Shown: positions 16,240 through 24,841, numbered from the stretch's first letter. The stretch is DNA of 32,000 nucleotides from Microcystis aeruginosa NIES-2549 (GCF_000981785.2 NZ_CP011304.1:2190001-2222000), one strand, 5' to 3'. Program-made: numbers and translations. Notes: generated by a model from the sequence alone, not told the origin.

Positions 16240-17554
16240 TTTTCAATCTCCTCAATTAAGAGTCAAAGAACGTCTCACAAGTATCGATTTTACTGTTTTT
16301 GGAGAACTCGCTCAAGTCAAACAAAAAGGGGAAATTTTAGGGGCGACAGGGAGTCATTTTGAAAAAGCACATTTTGGCGCATTTATCTGGCATTTAATTG
16401 GTTATGAACGCCATATTAAGGATAAAATGGGACAGCAGCTCTCTATTCAAGAACGGGCAAGCCGTTATGTGGAAGCATTTCTCTGTCTGTGTCGATTAGG
16501 TTGGTACAAAGAAGCTAAATCTTTATTTTCTTTACCCTTAGAAATTCATGATCCAACTTCTTTACCTTTGCACAAACAATTACGCATCTGGGGACGGTAT
16601 GAAGATGGCATAAAACTGTGTAAAGAATTATTAGGAAATCTTGACAATGAAACCGATTTTATCTGTTTAAGTGAACTCGGTTATATGTATCGAGAATTAG
16701 GACAATTTGACCAAGCAAAAAATTATACGGAGAAACTCTTATCCTTAGCCGAGCAATTAAATAATCCTCTTTGGAAAGCAAGAGGAAAAGGAAATATAGC
16801 CACAATTGATGGAATAAAAGGGGAATATTTAAGCGCTGAAATAGGACTGAATGAAGTTTTAAATCTAGCCGAGATTATTCCCGATTGTGACGAAAAATTT
16901 GAGATTATTAATGTTGCCCATTCAAATCTGGGTAATTGTTATGTTTATCAGGGAAAAGTTGACCAGACTATTCCTTGTTTAGAAAAATACTTAAAATGGG
17001 CAGAAAAAATTAAAAATCTTATTTATCAAGCAACGGCTTTACGAAATTTAGGAGAAGCACACCGGCGAATCAATGATTTGAATACAGCTATCGATTATAC
17101 TCAAAGAAGTCTTGATTTATCTGAGCAAATAACCGATGAAGCAGGAATTATTTTTTCTTTGGGAAATTTAGCCGCAATTTATTGGCAACAAGCAAATTTT
17201 CAGGAGTCTGAAAAATACTTTAAACAACAAAAGAAAAGAGCTTTAGCTATTTCAGATGTGGCAGGTGTTGCCCATGCTTGCGCTGGATTAGGAGAAATTT
17301 ATAGTATCACTCGAAAGGATGATCTAGCCTATCAATATCTTAATCAAGCTTTAGATATTGCCCTCGATATTGGAGAACGATATGTAGAACTAGAGACTTT
17401 AATTGTTTTGGCAGAATTTGAAGAAAAAACCCATGATCTTAAATCAGCTATTAATCACTGGCAACGCGCCTTACATCTTTCTGAAAAATTAAATATGCTC
17501 TCCCATAAAGAGAACTGTGAACAAAACCTAGAAAGGTTGTTAAACCCCAACTAA
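16232..17554 (+). CDS. Tetratricopeptide-repeat (TPR) protein, 440 aa, translationally coupled to the NB-ARC gene
   Basis: TPR-like units recur (ALRNLGEAHRRINDLNTAIDYTQRSLDLSEQI, SLGNLAAIYWQQANFQESEKYF, CAGLGEIYSITRKDDLAYQYLNQALDIA). Its start overlaps the upstream stop as ATGAATGA. Confidence 0.85.
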   Translation: MNDFQSPQLRVKERLTSIDFTVFGELAQVKQKGEILGATGSHFEKAHFGAFIWHLIGYERHIKDKMGQQLSIQERASRYVEAFLCLCRLGWYKEAKSLFSLPLEIHDPTSLPLHKQLRIWGRYEDGIKLCKELLGNLDNETDFICLSELGYMYRELGQFDQAKNYTEKLLSLAEQLNNPLWKARGKGNIATIDGIKGEYLSAEIGLNEVLNLAEIIPDCDEKFEIINVAHSNLGNCYVYQGKVDQTIPCLEKYLKWAEKIKNLIYQATALRNLGEAHRRINDLNTAIDYTQRSLDLSEQITDEAGIIFSLGNLAAIYWQQANFQESEKYFKQQKKRALAISDVAGVAHACAGLGEIYSITRKDDLAYQYLNQALDIALDIGERYVELETLIVLAEFEEKTHDLKSAINHWQRALHLSEKLNMLSHKENCEQNLERLLNPN

Positions 17555-17575
17555 GTTGAGACTGAGTAACGCACA

Positions 17576-17606
17576 GAAAACGGGTTTCTCGGAGAAACCC
17601 GTTTTC
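17576..17606. terminator. Bidirectional hairpin terminator (15-bp perfect stem) between convergent genes
   Basis: gaaaacgggtttctc g gagaaacccgttttc. The inner stem CGGGTTTCTC/GAGAAACCCG is followed by TTTTCT on either strand. It lies 22 nt after the TPR stop and 4 nt from the PIN-fragment stop. Confidence 0.6.
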
Positions 17607-17609
17607 TAC

Positions 17610-17804
17610 TCATGCAAAAGAGATGTCTATTGAAACAATCTGAATTTCCCTGACTCGGTGCATTGGTTTGGTTTGCTTTTCGGTGGTGATTAGTTCATCA
17701 GCTTGAATTTGCAGCGCAGCAGCAACATGAAGTGCATCCATCGCCGCTAAACCGTAAGTGCCAGCAATTTCATGACTCACTGCATCCTCCTCGACGTGCA
17801 GCAA
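17610..17804 (-). pseudogene. PIN-domain (VapC-like) toxin, C-terminal fragment only
   Basis: GLAAMDALHVAAALQIQADELITTEK... is a typical PIN C-terminal half. The expected toxin start (ATGA overlap with the antitoxin stop at 17770-17773) reads MKLLALTV-stop in another frame, which implies an internal deletion. Confidence 0.5.
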
Positions 17805-17977
17805 GTTCTTGTTCTATTTCCTCTTCATTGAGCAGTTGCAATCCAGCCGAAATTGCCCGATGTCGGATTTCCCATAACTTTTTGCTTAATGGTGTTTGGG
17901 GAATAAATTTTAATTATATCTATTACTTCGCTACCATTATTATTCAATTCTTTAATTAAGAAGTCTAAAGATGGCAT
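17770..17977 (-). pseudogene. Antitoxin remnant, frameshifted
   Basis: Hand translation gives MPSLDFLIKELNNNGSEVIDIIKIY... in one frame. It continues as ..IPQTPLSKKLWEIRHRAISAGLQLLNEEEIEQELAARRGG.. in another, so one frameshift is needed to join them. Confidence 0.4.
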
Positions 17978-18225
17978 AATTACTTATTCCGAATATTGGT
18001 ATTTGGGCATTATTATAGCATTCCAATTTTCTAAAGTCAACCCCTCAACTCTAGCTAAATTAATACCATTAGTTTGTAGAATAGGAAATACTTTTTAATC
18101 TTTAATTCTTAGGATAAGTTGAGGTATAGTTTCTCATCTTAACTTTAATTGGAGCGATCGCAGTTTTTCTGTAAAAGAGAGAGTGGCGATCGCTGTTGAG
18201 TTGAGGATGAAGGATAAATTTGAGC

Positions 18226-18231
18226 TATAAT
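18226..18231 (+). promoter_or_regulatory. Candidate -10 box (TATAAT) of the RelE-antitoxin cassette
   Basis: gagcTATAATagggga lies 34 nt upstream of ATG 18265. The same 20-nt context recurs at 19745. A HIP1 pair with T-runs sits at 18153-18195. Confidence 0.35.
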
Positions 18232-18264
18232 AGGGGATAAAATTAACAAACAAGGTAATTATCA

Positions 18265-18462
18265 ATGCCATTAAAGCAAAAGTATATTACTGATGAACAG
18301 GGTAATCAAATCGGTATTCTTTTAGATATAGAGGAATATCGAAAACTCCTAGAAGATTCTGAAGAATTAAATGCTATTAGAGCCTATGATTTAGCTATTT
18401 CGGAAGAGGAAGAAATTCCTTTTGAAGAGGCGATCGCCGAAATTGAAAATAGTCGTCAATGA
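18265..18462 (+). CDS. Antitoxin of the RelE/ParE module (Phd/YefM-like), 65 aa
   Basis: It is small and acidic (ILLDIEEYRKLLEDSEELNAIRAYD...) and overlaps the toxin start by 4 nt (ATGA). Confidence 0.8.
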   Translation: MPLKQKYITDEQGNQIGILLDIEEYRKLLEDSEELNAIRAYDLAISEEEEIPFEEAIAEIENSRQ

Positions 18463-18713
18463 ATTACACTATTGCGATTAAAAAACAAGCTTCTAAGGCT
18501 TTAGCTAATCTTCCCCAAGATAGTTATCAGAAAGTTCGAGACGGGATTAGAGCATTAGCTGACAATCCAAGACCAGCAGGGTGTCTCAAACTGACAGGAC
18601 GAGAAGGTTGGCGGATTCGGATTGGAGTTTATCGCGTTATTTACGCGATAGATGATTCTGCAAAAAAGGTGATTATTCTAGATATTGGACATCGAAAGGA
18701 CATCTACCGATAG
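18459..18713 (+). CDS. RelE/ParE-family toxin, 84 aa
   Basis: The characteristic C-terminal pattern is WRIRIGVYRVIYAIDDSAKKVIILDIGHRKDIYR. Confidence 0.9.
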   Translation: MNYTIAIKKQASKALANLPQDSYQKVRDGIRALADNPRPAGCLKLTGREGWRIRIGVYRVIYAIDDSAKKVIILDIGHRKDIYR

Positions 18714-18821
18714 GCGATCGCGTTTTTAATAAAAATTTGGAAGAGGCGATCGCTATTTTACTGTGAGAAGAGGAGGGCGATCGCTTATAATAAATCCAGT
18801 GATCAAAATAGAAGGAGGCAA

Positions 18822-19241
18822 ATGCCAGCAAAAGACCTCTATCACGAAGCCGTTAAAAATGCCTTAATTAAAGACGGCTGGACAATTACGGCTGATCCTT
18901 ATCCTATTGAATATGAAGACGCTGAATTGTATCCAGACCTGGCGATCGAGAAATATATTTCCGAAGAACAAAGACAACGTAAAATTATCATTGAAATTAA
19001 AAGCTTTCTTGGCCCTTCAATGATCAAAGACTTTGAAATGGCTTTGGGACAATATATTTTTTATCGTGATCTCATTCAATTAGGACAAGATGAATACCAA
19101 GAAATCTATCTGGCTATTAAAGATGAAATTTATGAGACTTTTTTCCAACGAAAATCTATTCAAGCCGTTATTAAAAGACACCAATTAGATTTATTAGTTG
19201 TCAACATCGAAAAAGAGGAGATTGTCCAATGGATAAACTAA
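18822..19241 (+). CDS. xisH: XisH family protein (fdxN-element excision controlling factor homolog)
   Basis: The N-terminus MPAKDLYHEAVKNALIKDGWTITADPY is the hallmark XisH opening. GAAGGAGG lies upstream, and a TATAAT sits at 18786-18791. Confidence 0.9.
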   Translation: MPAKDLYHEAVKNALIKDGWTITADPYPIEYEDAELYPDLAIEKYISEEQRQRKIIIEIKSFLGPSMIKDFEMALGQYIFYRDLIQLGQDEYQEIYLAIKDEIYETFFQRKSIQAVIKRHQLDLLVVNIEKEEIVQWIN

Positions 19242-19570
19242 CTAACTATCGCCAAATTATTCAAAATACCTTAACAAAGCTAGACACAATTGCGAATAGC
19301 TCATCCAAAAAAAAACTAGAAACCTGTTTAATTTTTGATGAAAATCATGATCATTATCTATGGATGTCTATTGGTTGGATAAACAAAAAGAAAATCAACA
19401 ATATTCAGATTCATATTCGTATTAAAAATGAAAGAGTTTATATTGAACAAGATTGGACAGAAATAGGAATCACCTCTCAATTATTAGAAGCAGGGATTCC
19501 CAAAGAAGATATTGTTTTAGCATTTCATGATCCTGCAAGTCGTAAATTAACAGAATTTGCTATTGCTTAA
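19229..19570 (+). CDS. xisI: XisI family protein
   Basis: MDKLTNYRQIIQNTLTKL... has the typical XisI size. It overlaps xisH by 13 nt, the usual xisHI pair arrangement. Confidence 0.9.
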   Translation: MDKLTNYRQIIQNTLTKLDTIANSSSKKKLETCLIFDENHDHYLWMSIGWINKKKINNIQIHIRIKNERVYIEQDWTEIGITSQLLEAGIPKEDIVLAFHDPASRKLTEFAIA

Positions 19571-19650
19571 TCAGGGGCGATCGCATTTTTAGCTGAGGTT
19601 AAGAAGGGCGATCGCTGTTTTTCGGAGTTTGAGAGGGGCAATTTGAGCTA

Positions 19651-19744
19651 AGTACCTAAGCAAAATTAATTACACATATCTAACCACCTCTTGCCTCCTG
19701 CCTTTTGCCTATCTTCACTAGGAAATTAATTTTGCACGACTACT
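19651..19744. mobile_element. 94-bp MITE (family B) with about 22-bp terminal inverted repeats and a TA target duplication
   Basis: The ends are agtacctaagcaaaattaatt ... aattaattttgcacgactact, flanked by TA/TA. Removing the element plus one TA restores gagctataatagggga, which matches 18222-18237. Confidence 0.75.
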
Positions 19745-19949
19745 TATAATAGGGGAGAAAATTAACCTAAAGATTCAGGTGCCTCAAACGCATTCACAGA
19801 GAGGCTTCTACAATCTCAAAACTCGCCAAACTAACAGATTCATTCTCAATAAGCACGAGAATTAAGGCTTTTAGCATTTCTTTCTTAATGAGAGTGAGTA
19901 TTTTGGCATAATTCGCCCAAATGCTTACCTAGTATAGGTTTGACTACTT

Positions 19950-19987
19950 TAATCGTCGATTGATTTGGTTTGATTCAATGGAAAATC
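19950..19987. repeat. 38-bp exact copy of nt 15390..15427 (NB-ARC Walker-B coding segment)
   Basis: taatcgtcgattgatttggtttgattcaatggaaaatc is identical at both sites. The flanks are unrelated. Confidence 0.95.
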
Positions 19988-20072
19988 GGCTCTCCCCTCC
20001 AGACACAGAGGACACAAAGATCGATCGATCATAGAGTAAGTTAAACTGATCACACAGAACCTAGAAGAGCCT

Positions 20073-20128
<56 letters not shown>

Positions 20129-20185
20129 TGTGTAAGATGGTGATCGCACTACAACGCCCACCCTACTCCAATGGAAAGGCTATAG

Positions 20186-22885
20186 ATGACTACTACTCTT
20201 GAAAGCTTACAGGAATTTATTGATTTTTGTCAACAGCACATTACTGGCAAAGAAAGGAAAGAAGCTCAGATTTTCCTAGACCGTTTCTTTCGAGCTTTTG
20301 GTCATAAAGGTGCGTTAGAAGCGGGTGCAACCTATGAGGAGGCGATTACTAAAGGTAGCAAGAAAGGTAAAACAGGATTTGCTGATTTAGTTTGGAAACC
20401 TCGTGTTTTAATTGAAATGAAAAAGCGAGGAGAAGATTTAAGTAAGCACTATCCCCAAGCTTTTGAATACTGGAGTCGATTGGTTCCTAATCGCCCTCGC
20501 TATGTCTTATTATGTAATTTTGATCAGTTCTGGATTTTTGATTTTGATCTTCAAATAGATGAACCGGTAGATCGAGTAAATCTCAACGATTTGAAAAATC
20601 GGGTGAGTGCCTTCAATTTTATGGAAGTAGGGAATCGTACCCCTATTTTTCAGAATAATCAAGTCGAGATTACAGAAACGGCGGCGCGGCGGATGGGTGA
20701 GTTATTTCAACTGTTAAAAAAACGCGGTCAGAAAAGCGGTTTTGATGAGTTGACAGCCCAGCGATTTATTTTGCAGTGTGTATTAGCAATGTTTGCTGAG
20801 GATCGAGGATTGTTGCCAAGAGATTTATTTATTTCTTGTGTACAAGAATGTCTAAATGGTGGCAATTCTTATGATGTCTTGGGGGGATTATTTCAACAGA
20901 TGAACCAACCCGGAATTACCCCCACTGGCAAGTATCAGGGAGTGGATTATTTTAATGGGGGACTGTTTAGTATAATTCATCCAATTGAATTAACTAATAA
21001 AGAATTAGAGTTTCTGGATGTGGCGGCGCGTCAGGATTGGAGTAAGATCCGTCCGGCAATTTTTGGTAATATTTTTGAGGGGACGGCTAATGCTGAAGAA
21101 CGTCATACTTACGGAATGCACTTTACCTCAGAAGCGGATATTATGAAAATTGTTCGCCCAACTATTAGCCGTTACTGGGAGGAGAAAATTGAGCAAGCTG
21201 GGACGATTGGCGAGTTAAATACACTTCAGTTAGAATTACAGCAGTATAAGGTATTAGATCCGGCTTGCGGTTCGGGTAATTTTCTCTATGTCGCCTATCA
21301 AGAATTAAAGCGCATTGAACAGTTATTAATTGAAAAAATTGCTAACCGTCGTCGTTCTGCTAGTGACCAGTTACAGATTAGTTTTGTTACGCCTAAACAG
21401 TTTTATGGTATGGATATTAATCCTTTTGCTGTAGAATTAGCGCGGGTGACTTTAATGATTGCCAGAAAGGTGGCAATTGATAGGTTTAATTTGACGGAAG
21501 CTTCTTTACCTTTGGATACTTTGGATAGTAATATTATTTGTGCTGATGCTTTGTTTACGGATTGGCAAAAAGCAGACGCAATTATCGGTAATCCTCCATT
21601 TTTGGGAGGTAAACACATGAGATTAAATCTCAGTGATGATTATGTTAATAGAGTGTTTGGAAGGTTTTCTGAGGTTAAAGACTCGGTTGATTTTTGTTCC
21701 TATTGGTTTCGTCTAGCACATAATCAATTAGACGAGAAAGGAAGAGCGGGTTTAGTTGGAACTAATTCTATTAGTCAAGGGAAAAGTCGTGTAGCAGCGT
21801 TGGATTATATTACTCACAATGGTGGACACATTCATGAGGCGATTTCTACTCAGCCTTGGTCTGGTGAGGCTAATGTTCATGTTAGTATTGTCAATTGGAG
21901 TAAAGTTGAGCCAGTAAGTTATTATTTAGATAATCATCAAGTTTCTCAGATTAATTCTTCTTTAAAAGCGACTGTAGATGTTTCTCAATCTCCGCGATTA
22001 AAAGCTAATCTTAATCAATGTTTTCAAGGAGTGATTCCTGTTGGTAAAGGTTTTCTAGTTAGTGAAAAACAAGTTGATGAATGGATTAAACAAGATTCTA
22101 AAAATAGGAATGTCCTTAAGTTGTTTTCAATGGGAGCAAATCTAGCCCAAAATCCTCACGGTAAGCCAGAACGCTGGATTATTGATTTTAATGATATGAG
22201 TTTAGAGGATGCTAGTGAATATACACTACCTTTCGAGCATATTAAAGTAAATGTTAAGCCAGAAAGAGAGCAAAATAGACGAGAAGTTACTAAACTAAAC
22301 TGGTGGAAATATGGTGAAAAAAGACCAGCAATGAGAACAGCAATTAAACCTTTAGATTGCTACTTTGCTGTTCCAGAAGTTTCCAAATGGGCAGTTTTTG
22401 TCCCTTGTCCCTGTGATTGGCTACCAGGTAATAAAACTAAAGTAGTTGCTTCCGATGATTATTATATCTTAGGTATTCTTTTATCTAACATTCACCGAAC
22501 TTGGATGCACACCCAAAAATCTACACTTGCAAGCACAATAGCCTACACCCATAACACCTGTTTTGAAACCTTCCCCTTTCCCCAGACACCTTCACGGGAA
22601 CTTGTCGAAAAAATCCGTCAAACCGCCGGGGAATTACACGAATACCGCAGTCAACAGATGGAGAAAAAACAATGGGGAATCACCAAACTATATAACCAAT
22701 TCTTTAACGAACCCAGTAGCCAACTGTATCAACTCCATCAGAAATTAGACAAGCTAGTAATGGAAGCATATCACTTCCAAGCTGACGACGACATCTTAGA
22801 GAAACTATTAACCTTAAACCTCGAATTAGCAGAAAAAGAGAAGCGAGGAGAAACCGTCATCGATCCCTGGTCCCCTTACTCTTAG
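20186..22885 (+). CDS. MmeI-family bifunctional restriction-modification enzyme (type IIG/IIL; nuclease + N6-adenine methyltransferase + specificity domain), 899 aa
   Basis: The N-terminal PD-ExK-like motif is D..(x9)..EMK (FADLVWKPRVLIEMKK, nt 20384-20422). The SAM motif is DPACGSGNF (nt 21257-21283) and the catalytic motif is NPPF (nt 21590-21601). The single polypeptide has a length close to MmeI. Confidence 0.8.
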   Translation: MTTTLESLQEFIDFCQQHITGKERKEAQIFLDRFFRAFGHKGALEAGATYEEAITKGSKKGKTGFADLVWKPRVLIEMKKRGEDLSKHYPQAFEYWSRLVPNRPRYVLLCNFDQFWIFDFDLQIDEPVDRVNLNDLKNRVSAFNFMEVGNRTPIFQNNQVEITETAARRMGELFQLLKKRGQKSGFDELTAQRFILQCVLAMFAEDRGLLPRDLFISCVQECLNGGNSYDVLGGLFQQMNQPGITPTGKYQGVDYFNGGLFSIIHPIELTNKELEFLDVAARQDWSKIRPAIFGNIFEGTANAEERHTYGMHFTSEADIMKIVRPTISRYWEEKIEQAGTIGELNTLQLELQQYKVLDPACGSGNFLYVAYQELKRIEQLLIEKIANRRRSASDQLQISFVTPKQFYGMDINPFAVELARVTLMIARKVAIDRFNLTEASLPLDTLDSNIICADALFTDWQKADAIIGNPPFLGGKHMRLNLSDDYVNRVFGRFSEVKDSVDFCSYWFRLAHNQLDEKGRAGLVGTNSISQGKSRVAALDYITHNGGHIHEAISTQPWSGEANVHVSIVNWSKVEPVSYYLDNHQVSQINSSLKATVDVSQSPRLKANLNQCFQGVIPVGKGFLVSEKQVDEWIKQDSKNRNVLKLFSMGANLAQNPHGKPERWIIDFNDMSLEDASEYTLPFEHIKVNVKPEREQNRREVTKLNWWKYGEKRPAMRTAIKPLDCYFAVPEVSKWAVFVPCPCDWLPGNKTKVVASDDYYILGILLSNIHRTWMHTQKSTLASTIAYTHNTCFETFPFPQTPSRELVEKIRQTAGELHEYRSQQMEKKQWGITKLYNQFFNEPSSQLYQLHQKLDKLVMEAYHFQADDDILEKLLTLNLELAEKEKRGETVIDPWSPYS

Positions 22886-22898
22886 TGAGTAACGCACA

Positions 22899-22929
22899 GA
22901 AAACGGGTTTCTCCGAGAAACCCGTTTTC
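22899..22929. terminator. Second copy of the hairpin terminator (inside the 57-bp repeat 22886..22942)
   Basis: gaaaacgggtttctc c gagaaacccgttttc starts 14 nt after the MmeI-like stop. Confidence 0.6.
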
Positions 22930-23088
22930 TACTCATGCAAAAAGGGGAATAAATAATCAGTCTTTAATAACCAGATTTAGTATGACTACTATTGCACGGG
23001 TACATCAAGAAAAGTTAACGGGTCTATCCATTGCTGGACAAGGGTTTTCGGCTCTTGTAGTAGATATGTATGGAGTAGTTCAGGTGTT

Positions 23089-23337
23089 TTAGGTGGGAAT
23101 TGGTTCACCTGGCCGCAAACTAGACCATTTACCGGTTTCGCGCAAAAAGCTTTCACAACCCACCACATCCCACTCCATTTCGATATAATCTTCTTTGGTG
23201 CGAATGTTAACGTTAATAGAAGGGTTCTTCGCTTCAAAGTCCGGTGTCTCGGTGAGATGACGTTCCTGATGTTGTGTTTCTACGGCATGATAGGTGAGAC
23301 AGCGATCAACAAAATAGCAGTTAATACAAATACACAT
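23089..23337 (-). CDS. ycf34: Ycf34 family protein
   Basis: MCICINCYFVDRCLTYHAVETQH... carries the conserved Cys-rich Ycf34 N-terminus and is 82 aa. Confidence 0.9.
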   Translation of the reverse strand: MCICINCYFVDRCLTYHAVETQHQERHLTETPDFEAKNPSINVNIRTKEDYIEMEWDVVGCESFLRETGKWSSLRPGEPIPT

Positions 23338-23431
23338 AGGTTTAACTCTATAAGTCTTTTCCGTTAATCTAGCTCAGTCTCTCCCCAAATGGGGCCGGTA
23401 AAAATTATATTTTTGTAAATTTATCTTCTCG

Positions 23432-24649
23432 ATGTCTTGTCAAAAAAACCTAGATAGTTTAGTTAAAGAAGTTTTTGCGATTAATCGGCAAGAATTGCCA
23501 GAAAATGCTTATTTAGTCGGTGGTGCTGTGCGAGACGCTTTATTAAACCGTCAGAAAGACTATATTGACCTAGATTTTGTGGTTCCCGAAAAAGCGATCG
23601 AAATTGCCCAAACTATTGCCCATCATTATAAAGCGGGTTTTGTGGTTTTAGATGCCGTTCGTCAAATTGCTCGCGTCGTTTTTCCCCAGGGGACCCTTGA
23701 TTTCGCACAACAGGAGGGAGAATCTCTAGAAATAGACCTAAAAAGACGGGATTTCACCGTTAATGCTCTCGCTTATAATCTCCACACCCAAGAAATTTTC
23801 GATCCTTTAGGGGGATTAAAAGATTTAGGCTGCCAATCCCTGCGGATGATTTCCCCCGAAAATCTCCAAGATGATCCCCTAAGATTATTAAGGGCCTATC
23901 GACAAGCGGCTCAATTGGACTTTGAGATCGAACCCCATACCCGTGCAACTATTCGTTCTCTTGCCCCTTTATTGCACCGTGTAGCCGCCGAAAGGGTACA
24001 ATCCGAGTTGAATTACCTTTTGCTCAATTCCCGTGGCAATAAATGGCTAAAAAGTGCCTGGGAAGATGGCTTATTATCTCTCTGGTTGCGTCGGATTACC
24101 CCCGCAAAAATGGAGCGAGTTATGGGGGTGGAAGCGGCAGCGGGATTTTTAGAATCTTTGTTACCAGAAAAATTTATCTTTTCCCCTTCTCAGTTACAGT
24201 TGACAAAATTGGCCCTATTGGTATCGGATATTTTAGCAGAAGCGGAAAAAGAGTTAATCGATCTCAAGTATTCCAGGGGGGAAATTCGCACGGTAATCAC
24301 GGTAATTAAGTCTTTACCTCCCCTGAAGGAAGCGGATAATTTAAGTCTGCGGGAACATTATTTTATTTATCTAAATACGGGAAAAGTATTTCCTGTCTTT
24401 GCCCTTTTTGCTTTATCAATGGGGATTAACAAAAATATCGTCGCTTCTCTGTTGACTTCCTATCTCGATCCCGATAATATTATCGCCCATCCCCGACCTT
24501 TATTAAGGGGCGATGATTTAATTAACCATTTACACCTGAAACCTAGTCCGATTATCGGTAAGTTATTAACCGAGGTACAAATTGCCCAAATTGAGGGCCA
24601 AGTTACAGTTTTTCAGGAGGCGATCGATTTTGCTAAAAAGTTGTTATAA
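23432..24649 (+). CDS. cca: CCA-adding enzyme / poly(A) polymerase-family tRNA nucleotidyltransferase
   Basis: GGAVRDALLNR and DLDFVV form the pol-beta-type nucleotidyltransferase head, followed by RRDFTVNAL and DPLRLLRA motifs. Confidence 0.85.
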   Translation: MSCQKNLDSLVKEVFAINRQELPENAYLVGGAVRDALLNRQKDYIDLDFVVPEKAIEIAQTIAHHYKAGFVVLDAVRQIARVVFPQGTLDFAQQEGESLEIDLKRRDFTVNALAYNLHTQEIFDPLGGLKDLGCQSLRMISPENLQDDPLRLLRAYRQAAQLDFEIEPHTRATIRSLAPLLHRVAAERVQSELNYLLLNSRGNKWLKSAWEDGLLSLWLRRITPAKMERVMGVEAAAGFLESLLPEKFIFSPSQLQLTKLALLVSDILAEAEKELIDLKYSRGEIRTVITVIKSLPPLKEADNLSLREHYFIYLNTGKVFPVFALFALSMGINKNIVASLLTSYLDPDNIIAHPRPLLRGDDLINHLHLKPSPIIGKLLTEVQIAQIEGQVTVFQEAIDFAKKLL

Positions 24650-24786
24650 GTAGCTGGTTATAATTAAATTAAAAATGGATTTTAGGTCTGATCCCCCCTG
24701 CCCCCCTTGATAAGGGGGGTGCCGATAGGCGGGGGGATCTACCCTTAATAAGGGGGGCATCTGATAATTTTTAACGCCTACCTACT
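24649..24786. mobile_element. MITE family A copy (about 138 bp), TA target duplication
   Basis: It runs agtagctggttataattaaattaaaaatggattttagg ... ctgataatttttaacgcctacctact with TA on both sides. It abuts the cca stop codon. Confidence 0.75.
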
Positions 24787-24797
24787 TAAGTAGGGAG

Positions 24798-24841
24798 GCA
24801 CAATTATTTGTAGGATGGGTTAGCGGTAGCGTAACCCATGC
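24798..24841. repeat. 44-bp dispersed repeat (inverted copy at 29567..29610)
   Basis: gcacaattatttgtaggatgggttagcggtagcgtaacccatgc has an exact reverse complement at 29567-29610. Confidence 0.9.

Noticed and set aside
17591-17591. The G versus C difference at the centre of the two hairpin copies as evidence of hairpin inversion
   Set aside because: The stem is a perfect palindrome, so inversion and a simple point mutation in the loop cannot be told apart from two copies.
17732-17959. 75-aa plus-strand ORF over the TA remnant
   Set aside because: It is antisense to recognisable antitoxin and PIN-like reading frames and is a low-complexity Ser-rich translation.
18151-19625. The TA-type cassettes with repeated boundary motifs as an integron-like array
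   Set aside because: There is no integrase gene and no attC-like imperfect inverted repeats. The boundaries are HIP1 palindromes with T-runs, which are common in this type of genome.
21403-22748. ORFs 21403..21618 (-) and 22563..22748 (+) inside the MmeI-like gene
   Set aside because: They are nested alternative-frame or antisense ORFs within a motif-supported 899-aa CDS.
22989-23237. 82-aa minus-strand ORF overlapping ycf34
   Set aside because: It overlaps the clearly recognisable ycf34 frame (23089..23337) in another frame and has no motifs.
23760-24309. ORFs 23760..23948 (-) and 24043..24309 (+) inside the cca gene
   Set aside because: They are nested in a motif-supported CDS and are spurious.
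24647-24649. The idea that the MITE at 24649 supplies the stop codon and altered the C-terminus of the CCA-adding enzyme
   Set aside because: Removing the element and one TA copy still gives tta TAA at the same position, so the stop codon predates the insertion.
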